Source: Thraustochytrium aureum (lineage: Eukaryota). Taken from it: a DNA stretch of 64,000 nucleotides. Below, in pieces: positions 37,449 to 49,308 of this stretch. The stretch spans positions 1-64,000 of the forward strand of contig BLSG01000450.1 in the NCBI GenBank assembly GCA_012862495.1, read 5' to 3'. The notes under the pieces are model-generated. The model saw nothing but the letters and a program-made list of their open reading frames with translations, was not told the DNA's origin and made no database searches. Numbering within the stretch: the first letter of the stretch is position 1; each line of letters opens with the position of its first letter. The translations under genes were made by a program, and so were the position numbers.

Positions 37449-37583
37449 ATGGCGCAGCTGTTCCAGAAGATCGCGCAGTACTTGGCGAACGAAGTCGTGA
37501 CCAAGCGGCTGGCCAACTCGCAGACGTTTATGAACGCGGCGCACAAGACGCACCAGCACGTGCAAAAGTCGCAAAAGCTGGTC
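37449..37583 (+). CDS. Small conserved protein resembling the NCBP2-AS2/Mrx7 family, N-terminal fragment
   Basis: MAQLFQKIAQYLANEVVTKRLANSQTFMNAAHKTH matches, from memory, the 'Y.ANE.....LANS..F...A..T' pattern. Runs into the gap. Confidence 0.55.
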
Positions 37584-38269
37584 NNNNNNNNNNNNNNNNN
37601 NNNNNNNNNNNNNNNNNNNNNNNNNNNNNNNNNNNNNNNNNNNNNNNNNNNNNNNNNNNNNNNNNNNNNNNNNNNNNNNNNNNNNNNNNNNNNNNNNNNN
37701 NNNNNNNNNNNNNNNNNNNNNNNNNNNNNNNNNNNNNNNNNNNNNNNNNNNNNNNNNNNNNNNNNNNNNNNNNNNNNNNNNNNNNNNNNNNNNNNNNNNN
37801 NNNNNNNNNNNNNNNNNNNNNNNNNNNNNNNNNNNNNNNNNNNNNNNNNNNNNNNNNNNNNNNNNNNNNNNNNNNNNNNNNNNNNNNNNNNNNNNNNNNN
37901 NNNNNNNNNNNNNNNNNNNNNNNNNNNNNNNNNNNNNNNNNNNNNNNNNNNNNNNNNNNNNNNNNNNNNNNNNNNNNNNNNNNNNNNNNNNNNNNNNNNN
38001 NNNNNNNNNNNNNNNNNNNNNNNNNNNNNNNNNNNNNNNNNNNNNNNNNNNNNNNNNNNNNNNNNNNNNNNNNNNNNNNNNNNNNNNNNNNNNNNNNNNN
38101 NNNNNNNNNNNNNNNNNNNNNNNNNNNNNNNNNNNNNNNNNNNNNNNNNNNNNNNNNNNNNNNNNNNNNNNNNNNNNNNNNNNNNNNNNNNNNNNNNNNN
38201 NNNNNNNNNNNNNNNNNNNNNNNNNNNNNNNNNNNNNNNNNNNNNNNNNNNNNNNNNNNNNNNNNNNNA

Positions 38270-39420
38270 GAGTCGGGCTCAGCGTGCGAATCGTCCAGGC
38301 CGACTCGACCGTCGGGTCGCCCTGGGTGGCGCGGTCGTCAAAGGCGAACGCAGCAACGACATCAAGCAGCGCGCACAGCGCGCGCTGTGTCTCGCTGGGC
38401 GAAAATGCGAGAAACTCGCGGTTCGTCAGGTCTCGCATCTGCTTTCGCTCCTTGTCCGAGAAAGCAAAGGATTCGGCGTCGGGGCGCTCCCAGAACCCGA
38501 GGTACTCCTTGGCAGCGATGAACACAGGGTCCTTGGCGCCGTACACAAAGTCGCCCAGGTACCGTTCTGCATCAAAGGCCTCATCTTCTTGGTCGATCCT
38601 TAAAGCGCGCCGCTGGTCAGCTGGCGTATCGTCTGGTTCCGGCAACTCGATGAGCTCGGCAAAGTCTTGAGAGAGGTCTCGAAAGAAATTGCTCAAGCCG
38701 TCGTTGAAGCCGTACTTTTGTGCGCCTAGGCTCACGGCCGCCTCGGAGTCCGAGAGGCGGCCACCAAGAAGGCCGGGATTCGCTCCACGCAGTTCCGGGG
38801 CGCCGAGGTCAGTTTTTGCGAGAAGCTCTGCTATCGCCGCTGCTGAGTCGTCGTTTCGCAACGGGCTCGATGGCCCAGCGGCGGCAGCGTCGTTCGTTTG
38901 GGCCGCCCGTGGGGCCGCTGCAGGTTCGACCTCCTCTGCACCAAACTCAACAGAGCTGAGAACCTGAACGAGTGGCCGTGAAGCCCGCTCTGCGCCTTCT
39001 GGGGCCGGCGGTGGCCTGGTTGGGGGCTCGCCCGAGATCAGCTCGTCGAGCAGAGCTCGCTCCTTGTCGATGTCGACCAGGCCGCCAGTGCTGCGCCCAC
39101 CGCCAGGTCCCCCTGCGGCGCGGCTGCTGGAGCTTTGTGAGAAGGTCAAGATCGGGAAACACTTCGCCTGCCACCGCCTTCGGGAGGTGGAGGTGCACGG
39201 TGCCGTTCTCCTCGCTCGGGTCGTAGAGCGCCTTGGCCCGCTCGTCGTCGACGAGCTGGCCGGGGAAGTGCAAGCGAAGCAAGTAGGGCTTGACGAAAAA
39301 CGACAGGTCTTGGCCGTCGATCACATACTCCAGATCCGACACGCGAACGTACGGGACCCGCACCGCCACGAACACAAAGTCCTCGTCCTGCCGCACAAGG
39401 AACACCGGCGTGACCGGCAT
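38270..39420 (-). CDS. SHQ1: H/ACA RNP assembly factor SHQ1, partial; frameshift ~39111
   Basis: CS domain TPVF...QDEDF...KPYLLRLHFP...FPDLDLLTKL, then YGFN, RR..R...ED..FD.ERYLGDF and T.GD.TVESAWTI..LSP. Confidence 0.93.
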
Positions 39421-39470
39421 CCCGCCGCCTCCCTGCGCCTTCGCCTACTTGCGCCGAAGACACCAAGGCA

Positions 39471-39490
39471 GGCTGGACCGCTGGCTGGAC

Positions 39491-39523
<33 letters not shown>

Positions 39524-39561
39524 CTCCTCGAAGACAGGCCGGCAGGCCGGCAGGCTGGCTG
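39471..39561. repeat. (GCTG)n / GGCA microsatellite upstream of the SHQ1 start
   Basis: Seen directly, running into the gap. Confidence 0.85.
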
Positions 39562-40409
39562 NNNNNNNNNNNNNNNNNNNNNNNNNNNNNNNNNNNNNNN
39601 NNNNNNNNNNNNNNNNNNNNNNNNNNNNNNNNNNNNNNNNNNNNNNNNNNNNNNNNNNNNNNNNNNNNNNNNNNNNNNNNNNNNNNNNNNNNNNNNNNNN
39701 NNNNNNNNNNNNNNNNNNNNNNNNNNNNNNNNNNNNNNNNNNNNNNNNNNNNNNNNNNNNNNNNNNNNNNNNNNNNNNNNNNNNNNNNNNNNNNNNNNNN
39801 NNNNNNNNNNNNNNNNNNNNNNNNNNNNNNNNNNNNNNNNNNNNNNNNNNNNNNNNNNNNNNNNNNNNNNNNNNNNNNNNNNNNNNNNNNNNNNNNNNNN
39901 NNNNNNNNNNNNNNNNNNNNNNNNNNNNNNNNNNNNNNNNNNNNNNNNNNNNNNNNNNNNNNNNNNNNNNNNNNNNNNNNNNNNNNNNNNNNNNNNNNNN
40001 NNNNNNNNNNNNNNNNNNNNNNNNNNNNNNNNNNNNNNNNNNNNNNNNNNNNNNNNNNNNNNNNNNNNNNNNNNNNNNNNNNNNNNNNNNNNNNNNNNNN
40101 NNNNNNNNNNNNNNNNNNNNNNNNNNNNNNNNNNNNNNNNNNNNNNNNNNNNNNNNNNNNNNNNNNNNNNNNNNNNNNNNNNNNNNNNNNNNNNNNNNNN
40201 NNNNNNNNNNNNNNNNNNNNNNNNNNNNNNNNNNNNNNNNNNNNNNNNNNNNNNNNNNNNNNNNNNNNNNNNNNNNNNNNNNNNNNNNNNNNNNNNNNNN
40301 NNNNNNNNNNNNNNNNNNNNNNNNNNNNNNNNNNNNNNNNNNNNNNNNNNNNNNNNNNNNNNNNNNNNNNNNNNNNNNNNNNNNNNNNNNNNNNNNNNNN
40401 NNNNNNNNN

Positions 40410-40629
40410 GACGTCTGGGCAACCACCTCCAGCCCCGGCGCCGGCCGATCGAGACGGTGTCAAGCTGGCCCTGGCGCAGCGCCTCGAGGACCTGCTTGGG
40501 GAGAACCAGGTTCTGAAGGAGAAAGTGGCGATTCTCGAGGCTAGCGCACAAGGGTATGCGCGCGACCTGGAAGGCTTGCGCAAAGAAAACCAGGCTCTGC
40601 GGCGCCAAGACACCGAGCTGGACCTGTAA
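40410..40629 (+). CDS. C-terminal fragment of a coiled-coil protein
   Basis: LAQRLEDLLGENQVLKEKVAILE...LEGLRKENQAL heptads ending in TAA. The 5' part is in the gap. Confidence 0.6.
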
Positions 40630-40971
40630 GAGCTTTTCGCCGTACCATACGTCTATTGGTTAGTCCCCTTAGCCCAAGCAGGAGTTGCTCGCTTGCTGAT
40701 ATTGCCGTGCCCCCAGGCTCGAGTCCCTTCGGGCTCGGCGCGCCGTCTGCAGAGGGAGCAAGGCAACCAAAACAAACAGTGTTCGAACGGCCACGACGGC
40801 CACAGTTCCAGGGTGTCACGAAACCGACCTATCTAAATCTATCTCGTCACTCTCGTAGCAGGAGTAGAGCGATCGCTCGCTTTGCTCCAGCACAGCTCAA
40901 GCTGAAGCAGACTTTGCGAACAACTGGGCAACCCTACAAGAAAGCGCCGCTTTCTCGAAAGCGATCATTGT

Positions 40972-42297
40972 CTACTCGTCGTCGCCGTCAAGCTCGCTCT
41001 CCAGAACGGCGGCCTCCTCTTCCTTGAAAAACCCGATGCTCTCTAACGTGCGCTCCTCGTCGGGAACGTCAACATTCTCAACGTCCCCACGACCGGCCGA
41101 GTCGCCTTCGCTCGAGTTGCGCAGGGCAAGCTGTAGAAATCCGCCCTCCGGACGCTCGAGCTCCTGGCCGTTTGCTGCGAGCCAGTGCTCAATCTTGGAC
41201 TCTGCGACAGCAACCGTGTCGTGCAGGCAGAGCCGAATCGGGCCAACACGGTCTTGGCCGAGCACCTCTTCTCCTCGCAAAAAGATGTTGATTCCCCAAC
41301 GCTTGTCTTTTTCGATGCGGACCAGCTCTGCTTCCTCGCGACGGGCATTTTCTTCTGCCAGACGAAGAGCCTCGGCTTCGCGCTCCTTGCGCAGCCGGAT
41401 TTCGCTCCGAAAACCGAGCGCCGCTTCCCTTCGCTTTTGAAGCGCTGCGTGGACGAGCTCCTCCGCGAGCTTGCTCGCCACGGCGCGCTTCTCCAGAGCC
41501 TGTCCAACCCTCTCCTCGACCCACGGGAGGAAGTCTAGCTCGATGGCATTGCGCAGCTCGTTCGGAAACACCGGCGTGCCCTCCAACTTTTCGAAAACTG
41601 TGGGCTGCAGCTTGAGGCCAACGAGTGGGCCAAAAACGCGGCATGCCGCTGCCTTTTCGCACACAACCAGCTCGCGCCCAAGGCGCGCCAGCTCGCGCTC
41701 TTTGTGGGCTTCCTTGAGCTTCCATTTGCGAACTTCGAGTTCCTCGCGCTCGCGCTCGCGGACGCGCACCGCAGCCTTTTCGCTCATGAAGTGCGTTTTG
41801 GTCTTGGCAAGATGTGCGAACTCTTCTTCTTGATTCACTTCGACCAGCGCTTGCTCGAGCGTCTTTGATACGATAACGTCGAGAATAGGCGCGACCTCGA
41901 CGTTGAAGTCGAACAAACCATCTTCCGGCTCGATCTGTGTTGCACGGTCGACTCCTGTTTTTTTCGGCACATATGGCGGCGGCTCTGCGCGCGGCAGAAA
42001 CTCAGCGGTCTGACACGCGCACGTCGTTTGCGTAGGTGCTTGTGCTTGCTCCACGAGATTGGCCGAGATGTCCACGGGTAAGCGCCGAGCGGCACGCAGC
42101 AGGTCACGCACACCTTCATCTGTAGTGGAATTCGCTTTCCGGAGCCACTCTGGGCCGCTGCGCTCTCGTGTGACGCGCGGGTCGTCTGAGATGCTACCTT
42201 CCTTCCGGTAGAGTTGCTTGGTTTGCCGCTGAGGTGCGCCGGTCTTGCTCGGTCGGCGCCCGCTCACCGCCTGCGGGCTCGCCGAAAACTGATACAT
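40972..42297 (-). CDS. RSP3: Flagellar radial spoke protein 3
   Basis: MYQFSASPQAV, DPRV and QT..FL.R...PPYVPKKTGVD.ATQIE...LFDF..EV.PIL.VIV.KTLEQAL.EV..EEE. Confidence 0.92.
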   Translation of the reverse strand: MYQFSASPQAVSGRRPSKTGAPQRQTKQLYRKEGSISDDPRVTRERSGPEWLRKANSTTDEGVRDLLRAARRLPVDISANLVEQAQAPTQTTCACQTAEFLPRAEPPPYVPKKTGVDRATQIEPEDGLFDFNVEVAPILDVIVSKTLEQALVEVNQEEEFAHLAKTKTHFMSEKAAVRVREREREELEVRKWKLKEAHKERELARLGRELVVCEKAAACRVFGPLVGLKLQPTVFEKLEGTPVFPNELRNAIELDFLPWVEERVGQALEKRAVASKLAEELVHAALQKRREAALGFRSEIRLRKEREAEALRLAEENARREEAELVRIEKDKRWGINIFLRGEEVLGQDRVGPIRLCLHDTVAVAESKIEHWLAANGQELERPEGGFLQLALRNSSEGDSAGRGDVENVDVPDEERTLESIGFFKEEEAAVLESELDGDDE

Positions 42298-43154
42298 CGT
42301 GCGGCGACGGGTGCCAGTGCCTCACGTCCGCCGCTCGTCGGGTCCGACAGGACACGGGCCTGCTGGTCTCGCCCGTGCAGAGACCAGGCGTTCCGTCGAC
42401 CCTGCGCTGCCAGTCCGCAGTGGCTTTGGCCGCAGTGTCGCTACTCTCCACTTTTCTTTTGGAGGCTGGCTGCTCGCGCCTCGGCCGCTTGGTCNNNNNN
42501 NNNNNNNNNNNNNNNNNNNNNNNNNNNNNNNNNNNNNNNNNNNNNNNNNNNNNNNNNNNNNNNNNNNNNNNNNNNNNNNNNNNNNNNNNNNNNNNNNNNN
42601 NNNNNNNNNNNNNNNNNNNNNNNNNNNNNNNNNNNNNNNNNNNNNNNNNNNNNNNNNNNNNNNNNNNNNNNNNNNNNNNNNNNNNNNNNNNNNNNNNNNN
42701 NNNNNNNNNNNNNNNNNNNNNNNNNNNNNNNNNNNNNNNNNNNNNNNNNNNNNNNNNNNNNNNNNNNNNNNNNNNNNNNNNNAGCTGCTGCCACGCCTTC
42801 GAACTCTTTTGCTGGCTTGCTGGCTGGGTAGAAGAAGCGAATCGTTGGTTTGTCGCGGATGCGCGTCTTCACTCGGCGCCGCCGCGGCCCTCACAGTAAA
42901 TTTGCGCGATGAAAGGCATGGCAAGAGCTGGGCCCACGCGCCACTCAGCTGATCTGCCACCGCCCTTAACAGCCCGGCCTGGCCTCACTTGCATAGCTCG
43001 GCCATCTCGTGCATGGCAGCAGATTGCACTCTGCACCCCGATAAAAGCGAGAGGGGGGGAGGAGGAGCCGCGAGCGCAGAAAGCGACGCGACTCAAAAGG
43101 CTGCCAGACACGCAGCTCGCTCAGGTAGCGGCGACAACCCAGCGGCGGAGCCGA

Positions 43155-44866
43155 ATGCAGACATCGTACGGCGCGCAGAGCGATCTCCACGGTGGGGCCC
43201 AGTATGCACAAGGCGCGGGCTGCGTGGGAAAGAAGCGCAACCCGGTCCTCAGCCGAAACGATGTCAGCGACGGCAAGCTGCCGGACTGGCTCGCGAACCC
43301 AGTTCGAGACGGCAAATTGATCATCGACAAATTCGTAAACGCTGATAGTTGTAAGTTTCGAGCGCTGCCGTCTCGCTCGCCTTGACCGCCCGCAGTCGCA
43401 ACGCCCGCAGTCGCATTGCTGTTGGCGTCGATCTGGCCTGACTTCGACAGCGCTTCCCAGTCGGGCCCTTTGTTTACCTTGCTGAAGGCACAACGAGCCA
43501 GGTCTCCGTTGCCAAGCTCAAGTCGAACGGGCGGTACTACGCGCTAAAAGGAATCAAAAAGAGGTGGGTTTTCCACTCAAAAATGTTTGACGAGGTGGCG
43601 CATCAACTCCACATCCATATCGGCATTAAGCACCGGTACGTCGCCAACATGTTTCGTGCTTTCGACCACCACTCGTTCATCTTTTCCGTTCAAGAATACT
43701 GTGTTGGCGGCACGCTCGAGCTGCTTCTGCAGCGGCATGCAAAGCCCTGGAGCGGCGGCACTCTGCCTGTTGCTTCGGTGGTATTTTATGCTGCAGAAAT
43801 CGCATCGGCGCTCAAGTACCTGCACGAGACTCGAAATGTAATCCACCGGGGGATCTGCGTTGCCAACGTCGGCCTCTCTTGGAATGGTCATGTCAAGCTC
43901 ATCGGCTTTGGCAAGGCGGTCGAGGTTTTGCCTGGAGATCCATTCGCGGTGACAAGCAACAAGATGGCTTTCGGGGACATCGACTCCAGCGCCCCAGAGC
44001 TACTTCCCCCAAGGGTGGCTGAGCCTTTCCTGCAAGCTCAAAGACGAGCCATTGCTAGGAAAGAAATGGCGGCGACAAAAACAGCCAAGCCTGGCGATGA
44101 TGAATTGGACATCGACGGGGCAGTTGCCGTCGTTGAGGACGGAGACAGCAACTGTGGCGACGGGGCAAATGGGGGGCAGGAGCACTCGTTTCAAGTCGAC
44201 TGGTGGGCTCTCGGCGTCCTCCTTCACCGCTGCGCGCTAGGTTACCTTCCTTTTGGGAGCTCCGCTCGAGAAAGCGAGAGTGACGTTGCGCAGCGAATCC
44301 TCTTCGGAATTCGCGCAGCGAGGCCCGTATCAGCACTATTAGCGCAGCGAGGTGTCGAGCGCAGCGGACTTGCAGAGGTTATAGACGGCCTATTGTGCCA
44401 CGACCCAGACTCGCGGTGGAACGACTGCGACCTCCGGCACGCCCAGTCGTTTCAGTCTTTGGGTGATTGGGACAAGCTGTACAAGGTTCGCGCACCCTGG
44501 CGACCCCAACGGGCGCAGGTAGAGGCAGACTCGACGTCATTTGCGTCCCAGCAGCGAGCTCGCAGAAAGGCGATGAAGGTTGGGGTCTTCCCTGCGGAGC
44601 TTGCCAGCCGTCCTTCCGAGGACCAAGTATCGTACACATATTTTACCCACGTATGCAAGGATATCGTGTCGACCGCTCTGGCAAACCACACTTTGCGCAG
44701 CCGCCGTGAGCTCGAGTCGGGTTTCCTGTCTCCCGAATCGTCCAAGTCTGAAACATACAAGTCGGAAATGCTTGAAAAGCTGGAGCGTGGCTTCGAAACG
44801 CACCAGCAGCGTCGCCAAAAGCGAATGCAGCAAGGCAGAGCTCGCTTGCCGAGTATTTCCCAATAG
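43155..44866 (+). CDS. AGC/Aurora-like protein kinase-fold protein, probable pseudokinase; predicted intron 43351-43460
   Basis: YLAEGTTSQV, YYALK, QEYCVGGTL, FYAAEIASALKYLH, IHRG...N, HVKLIGFG, APE and VDWWALGVLL. The GTAAGT donor splices in frame to CCCAG at 43460. Confidence 0.85.
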
Positions 44867-44960
44867 CGAGTGCTTCTGGGCTCTGATCGACGCGTGCTTT
44901 GCCACACTGACTAGCTCACTGCACAAAAATCACGATTGCCCTTTCGTTGCCGCCTGCATC

Positions 44961-45106
44961 GCGCTTCGCTGTGATTCATCATCCCATCGCGAGCGGCGCG
45001 AGCCGTCAAGACAAAGCGCTCAACATGCGTGCGCTTCGCTGTGATTCATCATCCCATCGCGAGCGGCGCGAGCCGTCAAGACAAAGCGCTCAACATGCGT
45101 GCGCTT
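44961..45106. repeat. 70-bp exact tandem duplication
   Basis: 44961-45030 is identical to 45031-45100, plus a partial third start. Confidence 0.92.
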
Positions 45107-45238
45107 TTGCTATCTTCTACTACAGGGTCGTGTCGTGATGAGTCGTTCTAGCTAGGTAGAGTACTCTCTCTACCTTACCCGGGCGCCATCTCCGGCGAGA
45201 GCACATCCCGGAGGACCGTACTGGTGCGCACTAGGAAC

Positions 45239-46330
45239 CTAACCAAATGGTGCTAACGGCGCAACCAATGGGGCAACTTGCGACGGAGGGAGGTCGAAAA
45301 CCCGGTGTTTGGACAGCTGCCGCCCAGAAGGCAGGTAGTGGTCAGACCTGTCAAGGTGCTGTTTGGCGTGGTGACTTTCGAGCGCCTTCCGCCCCTCGCC
45401 TGGGCAGCAGTGAAGGGCTTCGACCCCAGAAGTCTCGCAAGGACGAGGCAGACTTCCCGCCTGGCTGTAAACGTGACGAACAGGGTTGTATGTGCATCTC
45501 GGTCGACAAGGGGGCCTGGGCGAAGGTAANNNNNNNNNNNNNNNNNNNNNNNNNNNNNNNNNNNNNNNNNNNNNNNNNNNNNNNNNNNNNNNNNNNNNNN
45601 NNNNNNNNNNNNNNNNNNNNNNNNNNNNNNNNNNNNNNNNNNNNNNNNNNNNNNNNNNNNNNNNNNNNNNNNNNNNNNNNNNNNNNNNNNNNNNNNNNNC
45701 ATCCTCCGGAAGCGCTCCAATAGCGGTGGGATCCGTCCCCACTGGACGGGCCGCGAAGGGCCTCGGTGTCTTGTGGGAGAGGCGCGCGAACGCTGGAGCG
45801 CCAGCCGCGTCACGCCCGACATGATGGACAACCAAAGCTTCGCCACCGCCCGGCGGGCCGTGAAATCCATCTCGAGCGTGGCGACTCATCTCTTGTGACA
45901 TGATGTCGTGATTGTAGGTGCGCGGCAACTGCACGCCTGGGAAAAGGGTTGGAAGCGACCCAGGGTCTCGACCTACTCCGCGTTGCTGGAGTTCTGCAGC
46001 CCAGCCATCGGCATCGCCAGAGCCAATTACACGATTAAGCTGCGAGCGCCTGTGCACCGAGTACTCTTGCACCCTTCGCGAAGTCGCTGCTGTGACGCTC
46101 ATGCAGTCGTGGCCGCCATGAACTATCCTCGCGGATTGCGTTGTCTGCTCCGCTGCGGGGTTCCTCCGCAGGCCGGCAGCGTCCAATTGCAGTCGCGGGA
46201 CCTGCTGCCTGCACGTGTTTGCAGAGGTGCTGGGGTCGAACATCTTCGCTTGCTGGGCCCGCTCCGCGTCCACAACTGCCCACGGCACGCGTTTGCCGCC
46301 AGGGCCGTCAGGGTCGATCCATTCCCGCAT
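45239..46330 (-). CDS. Hypothetical protein spanning a gap
   Basis: Open from ATG 46330 (MREWIDPDG) to the gap, and from the gap to the stop at 45239. No family recognised. Confidence 0.5.
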   Translation of the reverse strand: MREWIDPDGPGGKRVPWAVVDAERAQQAKMFDPSTSANTCRQQVPRLQLDAAGLRRNPAAEQTTQSARIVHGGHDCMSVTAATSRRVQEYSVHRRSQLNRVIGSGDADGWAAELQQRGVGRDPGSLPTLFPGVQLPRTYNHDIMSQEMSRHARDGFHGPPGGGEALVVHHVGRDAAGAPAFARLSHKTPRPFAARPVGTDPTAIGALPEDXXXXXXXXXXXXXXXXXXXXXXXXXXXXXXXXXXXXXXXXXXXXXXXXXXXXXXXXXLPSPRPPCRPRCTYNPVRHVYSQAGSLPRPCETSGVEALHCCPGEGRKALESHHAKQHLDRSDHYLPSGRQLSKHRVFDLPPSQVAPLVAPLAPFG

Positions 46331-47230
46331 TCCAAAGCCAGAGCTGCTGCCCGAGCGCAGCAGAGAGGCTGCCCGTGCGCCGAAGAGAGGCTGCCCTCCT
46401 GCAGTTGAGCGCCCTGCGCACGCGCGCTTCAGACGGCTGCCTTCCTCGCAAGCACGAATGGCGCACTGCCGTCCCAAAACCCGCACGCTGCAAGGAATTG
46501 GTCTGCAGGGCAATGAAAGATGTGCAGCGCGGAAGGGCGGAGTGGACACAGCGTCGTTGCGGAGCGGCCAGAGAGCGGCTGCGCACCACTCCATGTGCCC
46601 ATTGTACCCCCTGCTCCACACTCGCTCATCTCAGGAACACAAAATCAATGAAATTGCAGTCTGAACAGAAAGAAACTCGTTCAATCAAAGTCAGAGGGAA
46701 GAAAGCCCGCTGGCGTACAGTGTACTTGCTGGTGGCAAGCTGCGACGCGTGCTCGCTTGGTTTCTCAAGAGCGCGATGTTCACGCTTCGGGGGGTTGGCC
46801 TGAGGTTGGTTTTGCATGGTTAGGGGTTGCGTGAATGGTTGGAAAGGGCCAACCAGACGCCGAGTCTGTCCTGGACTGGCGGCTCGGCATCTCATTGGAC
46901 CTTTTCAGCCCAAAATGGTTGATTGAAGCGTGCAACTCTCAAAACGCAGGGCAAGCTCATGTGAGAGATCTCATCAGAGACGACCAGGGTGAGAATTGTC
47001 ATTGCCCGATCGCAGCAAGTTGGTTGACACGTGGACGCGCTCTTCGCAACTGCAGAACCCGAACGCAGGGCAAGCAGAGCCGATCCGTCGAGTCGCTCAG
47101 GGTGCTCCCGGTTTAAGCGGTGGGAGCTGGGCGGACTGCCGAGCGCGAAAGAAGCATGCAACGCGCATCTCATGAAGGCACCAGCCCATCTGCGCTACTT
47201 GCAACGGATGCGAGTGCTGGACGCGGCTCG

Positions 47231-49308
47231 ATGGGGAGCGCAGACGAAGCATTCGACGCCATGTCAATGGGGGATATCGACGCCCTCCTCTCGGATGTCC
47301 ATGGTAAGTTAGATCGCTGAGCACTCTGTCGTGCAGGGCAAGGGGATGGATGCTGACGGCTGGCACAATCCACCAGGTGATCACCTTTACGGTGAGGAGG
47401 ATCCTCCCTCAGAGACACCCTGCGGTGAAGAGCTCGGCCTAGCAAACGCTGGACAAGCTTGCCAGCCTAGCACACTAGACAAGCAACGCCGAGAGAGGTA
47501 CGAAGGGGGAAAGGCTTGGAGCTCGATGGCCTACTCGCACGTCAAGGTCTGCACCCCCGATCGAGAGCTCGGTGCTCAAACACCAACGCACATTTTCGCG
47601 GAACACACCGTCCGTTGTGCAAGCGGGCGAGACAGACCGGTCTCGCCGGGGATCACAGGTGCCCTTGAACTCGACCAAGGTCTCGGAGACTTTGACGATC
47701 TCGCGTCCTTCGGTCTTGGCTTTGATAGTGCAGAAGCATTCCCGAGCTGCGTTGATGCACGCATCGCCAACAACGACGAACTTCAGCAGCTTGCCCAACC
47801 GTACACTTCGGCGGCCAGTCAGGACCACGAGCATGGAATGCGAGACAGGCCCCAGGTAAGTTTGACGTCGCCGCGTCGCCTCACGTCTGTGAAGTGCGGA
47901 ATCACGTCGGAATTCGCGCCCGTGAAAGGTGGGCTTCTCTGTTGCGTGCCTGTTCGCCCTTTCGCTTTGCTGACATCAAGCAGATGGTGGCACTAAGCCG
48001 GCTTGCACTTGGTCGAGACACGTCGCTTAGCAAGCCCTTGTCGAGCGGAGCAGGCCGACTCTTGGTCTGTGGGACTGACAGGGCGCTGTCGAAGGCGGCA
48101 GGCACGGCCGATCAAGACAGCGGCGCTCTGATCGTGGCGAGCAACCCCTTCGGAGACTCGAGAACGGTCAGCGCAGTGCGGACGGGGAAATTCTCAGTAC
48201 GTCCTTAACGTTTGTCGCGTTGCGAGCGCTCACTCTTCTGGGTTCGCCTTGCTGGCTGGCAAGCGATTGGTTTTGCTTCAAACACACTAACCTCGACTTG
48301 CCGTGAACCCCTTCCCTACAACACTAGCTTGTACGAGACATTGCATGGCTCAGCGTGGGCCGACAAGCGGCTGTAGCTTGTGAGCGCGGCGTAGGCGTTT
48401 TGCGGGTTGGGGAAAGCCACGTCTCTGAGAGCGTGTTCGAACCCATCCTCGAGACCAAGCGAAACTCTGCGATCCAGTCGGGTTCGATTCGGGAAATGAG
48501 CGCGAATCCGAATCGGCACTCGCGCCTCGTAAGTGGGGGTTTTGACTGCGTGGTCCAGGTGTGGGACGTTGAAGCGAAGGGCAGTGGGTTGCAACCGGTC
48601 GTCCTCCGCGAAGTCGCGACCAAAGGAGTTATTGGCAGCACCAGTTGGTGCCCCTTCCATGACCAAGTCGTCGCCTGGACGCTGGACCACGGCTGCTTCG
48701 CCATGTTTGACCTTCGCAGCGGCAAGCTCGTGCGCGACGTGGACTCCTCAAAGCCGCCTTTTGTAAGTCAGGAGCGGGGAGGGTGGCGCAGCGTTGTCAT
48801 GCGTAGGTGAGGACGGTTGTAAACTGACGACAGCTGGGCGAGCGAGCATCAGGTTCCGCGCCAAGGGCAGCACACGTACTTGTTTTCGCACGCGTTCCTC
48901 GATTCCAACACTGCTCTGCTAGGGCTCGGAGACGGCACAGTGACGGTACTTGACCTGCGAAAGACCGCTCCACTCGGCAGCTGGATCGATCCAGTGGTGA
49001 CTGTCCTCGGAGATCTTGTCGTCTCGCCCGGCTCGCAATTCGTCGGGTCCCTCGGCATCGGGGGTCTGTCAGTTCACCAAGTGCGGGTCTTCCCGTCAAC
49101 AGGCGGCTACTCTAGCCGGCACATTAAATCTTTGGACCCCTTGCAGGCGAGCCGCTCTGAGCGCGACACCGCGCCGCCAGCCAAGTCAGCCGACACTCGG
49201 CTCTCCCGTGTACCAGCCTATGGAATCAAGGCAAGCGCCTGCTTTGCGAGCGACGACATGATGATAGCAACAGACTCGCTCGGAAACGCACATTGCTTCC
49301 ACCTGTAG
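47231..49308 (+). CDS. WD40-repeat protein, five predicted exons (introns 47304-47336, 47856-47983, 48197-48327, 48763-48852)
   Basis: VRDIAW, LVSGGFDCVVQVWD, SWCP, FDLR and GDGTVTVLDLR. Introns 2-4 splice in frame. Exon 1 needs a one-G correction at 47336-47338. Confidence 0.8.

Noticed and set aside
44961..45106. 70-bp duplication as a mobile element or RNA gene
   Set aside because: No terminal inverted repeats or tRNA boxes are visible. It is probably a local duplication or an assembly artefact.
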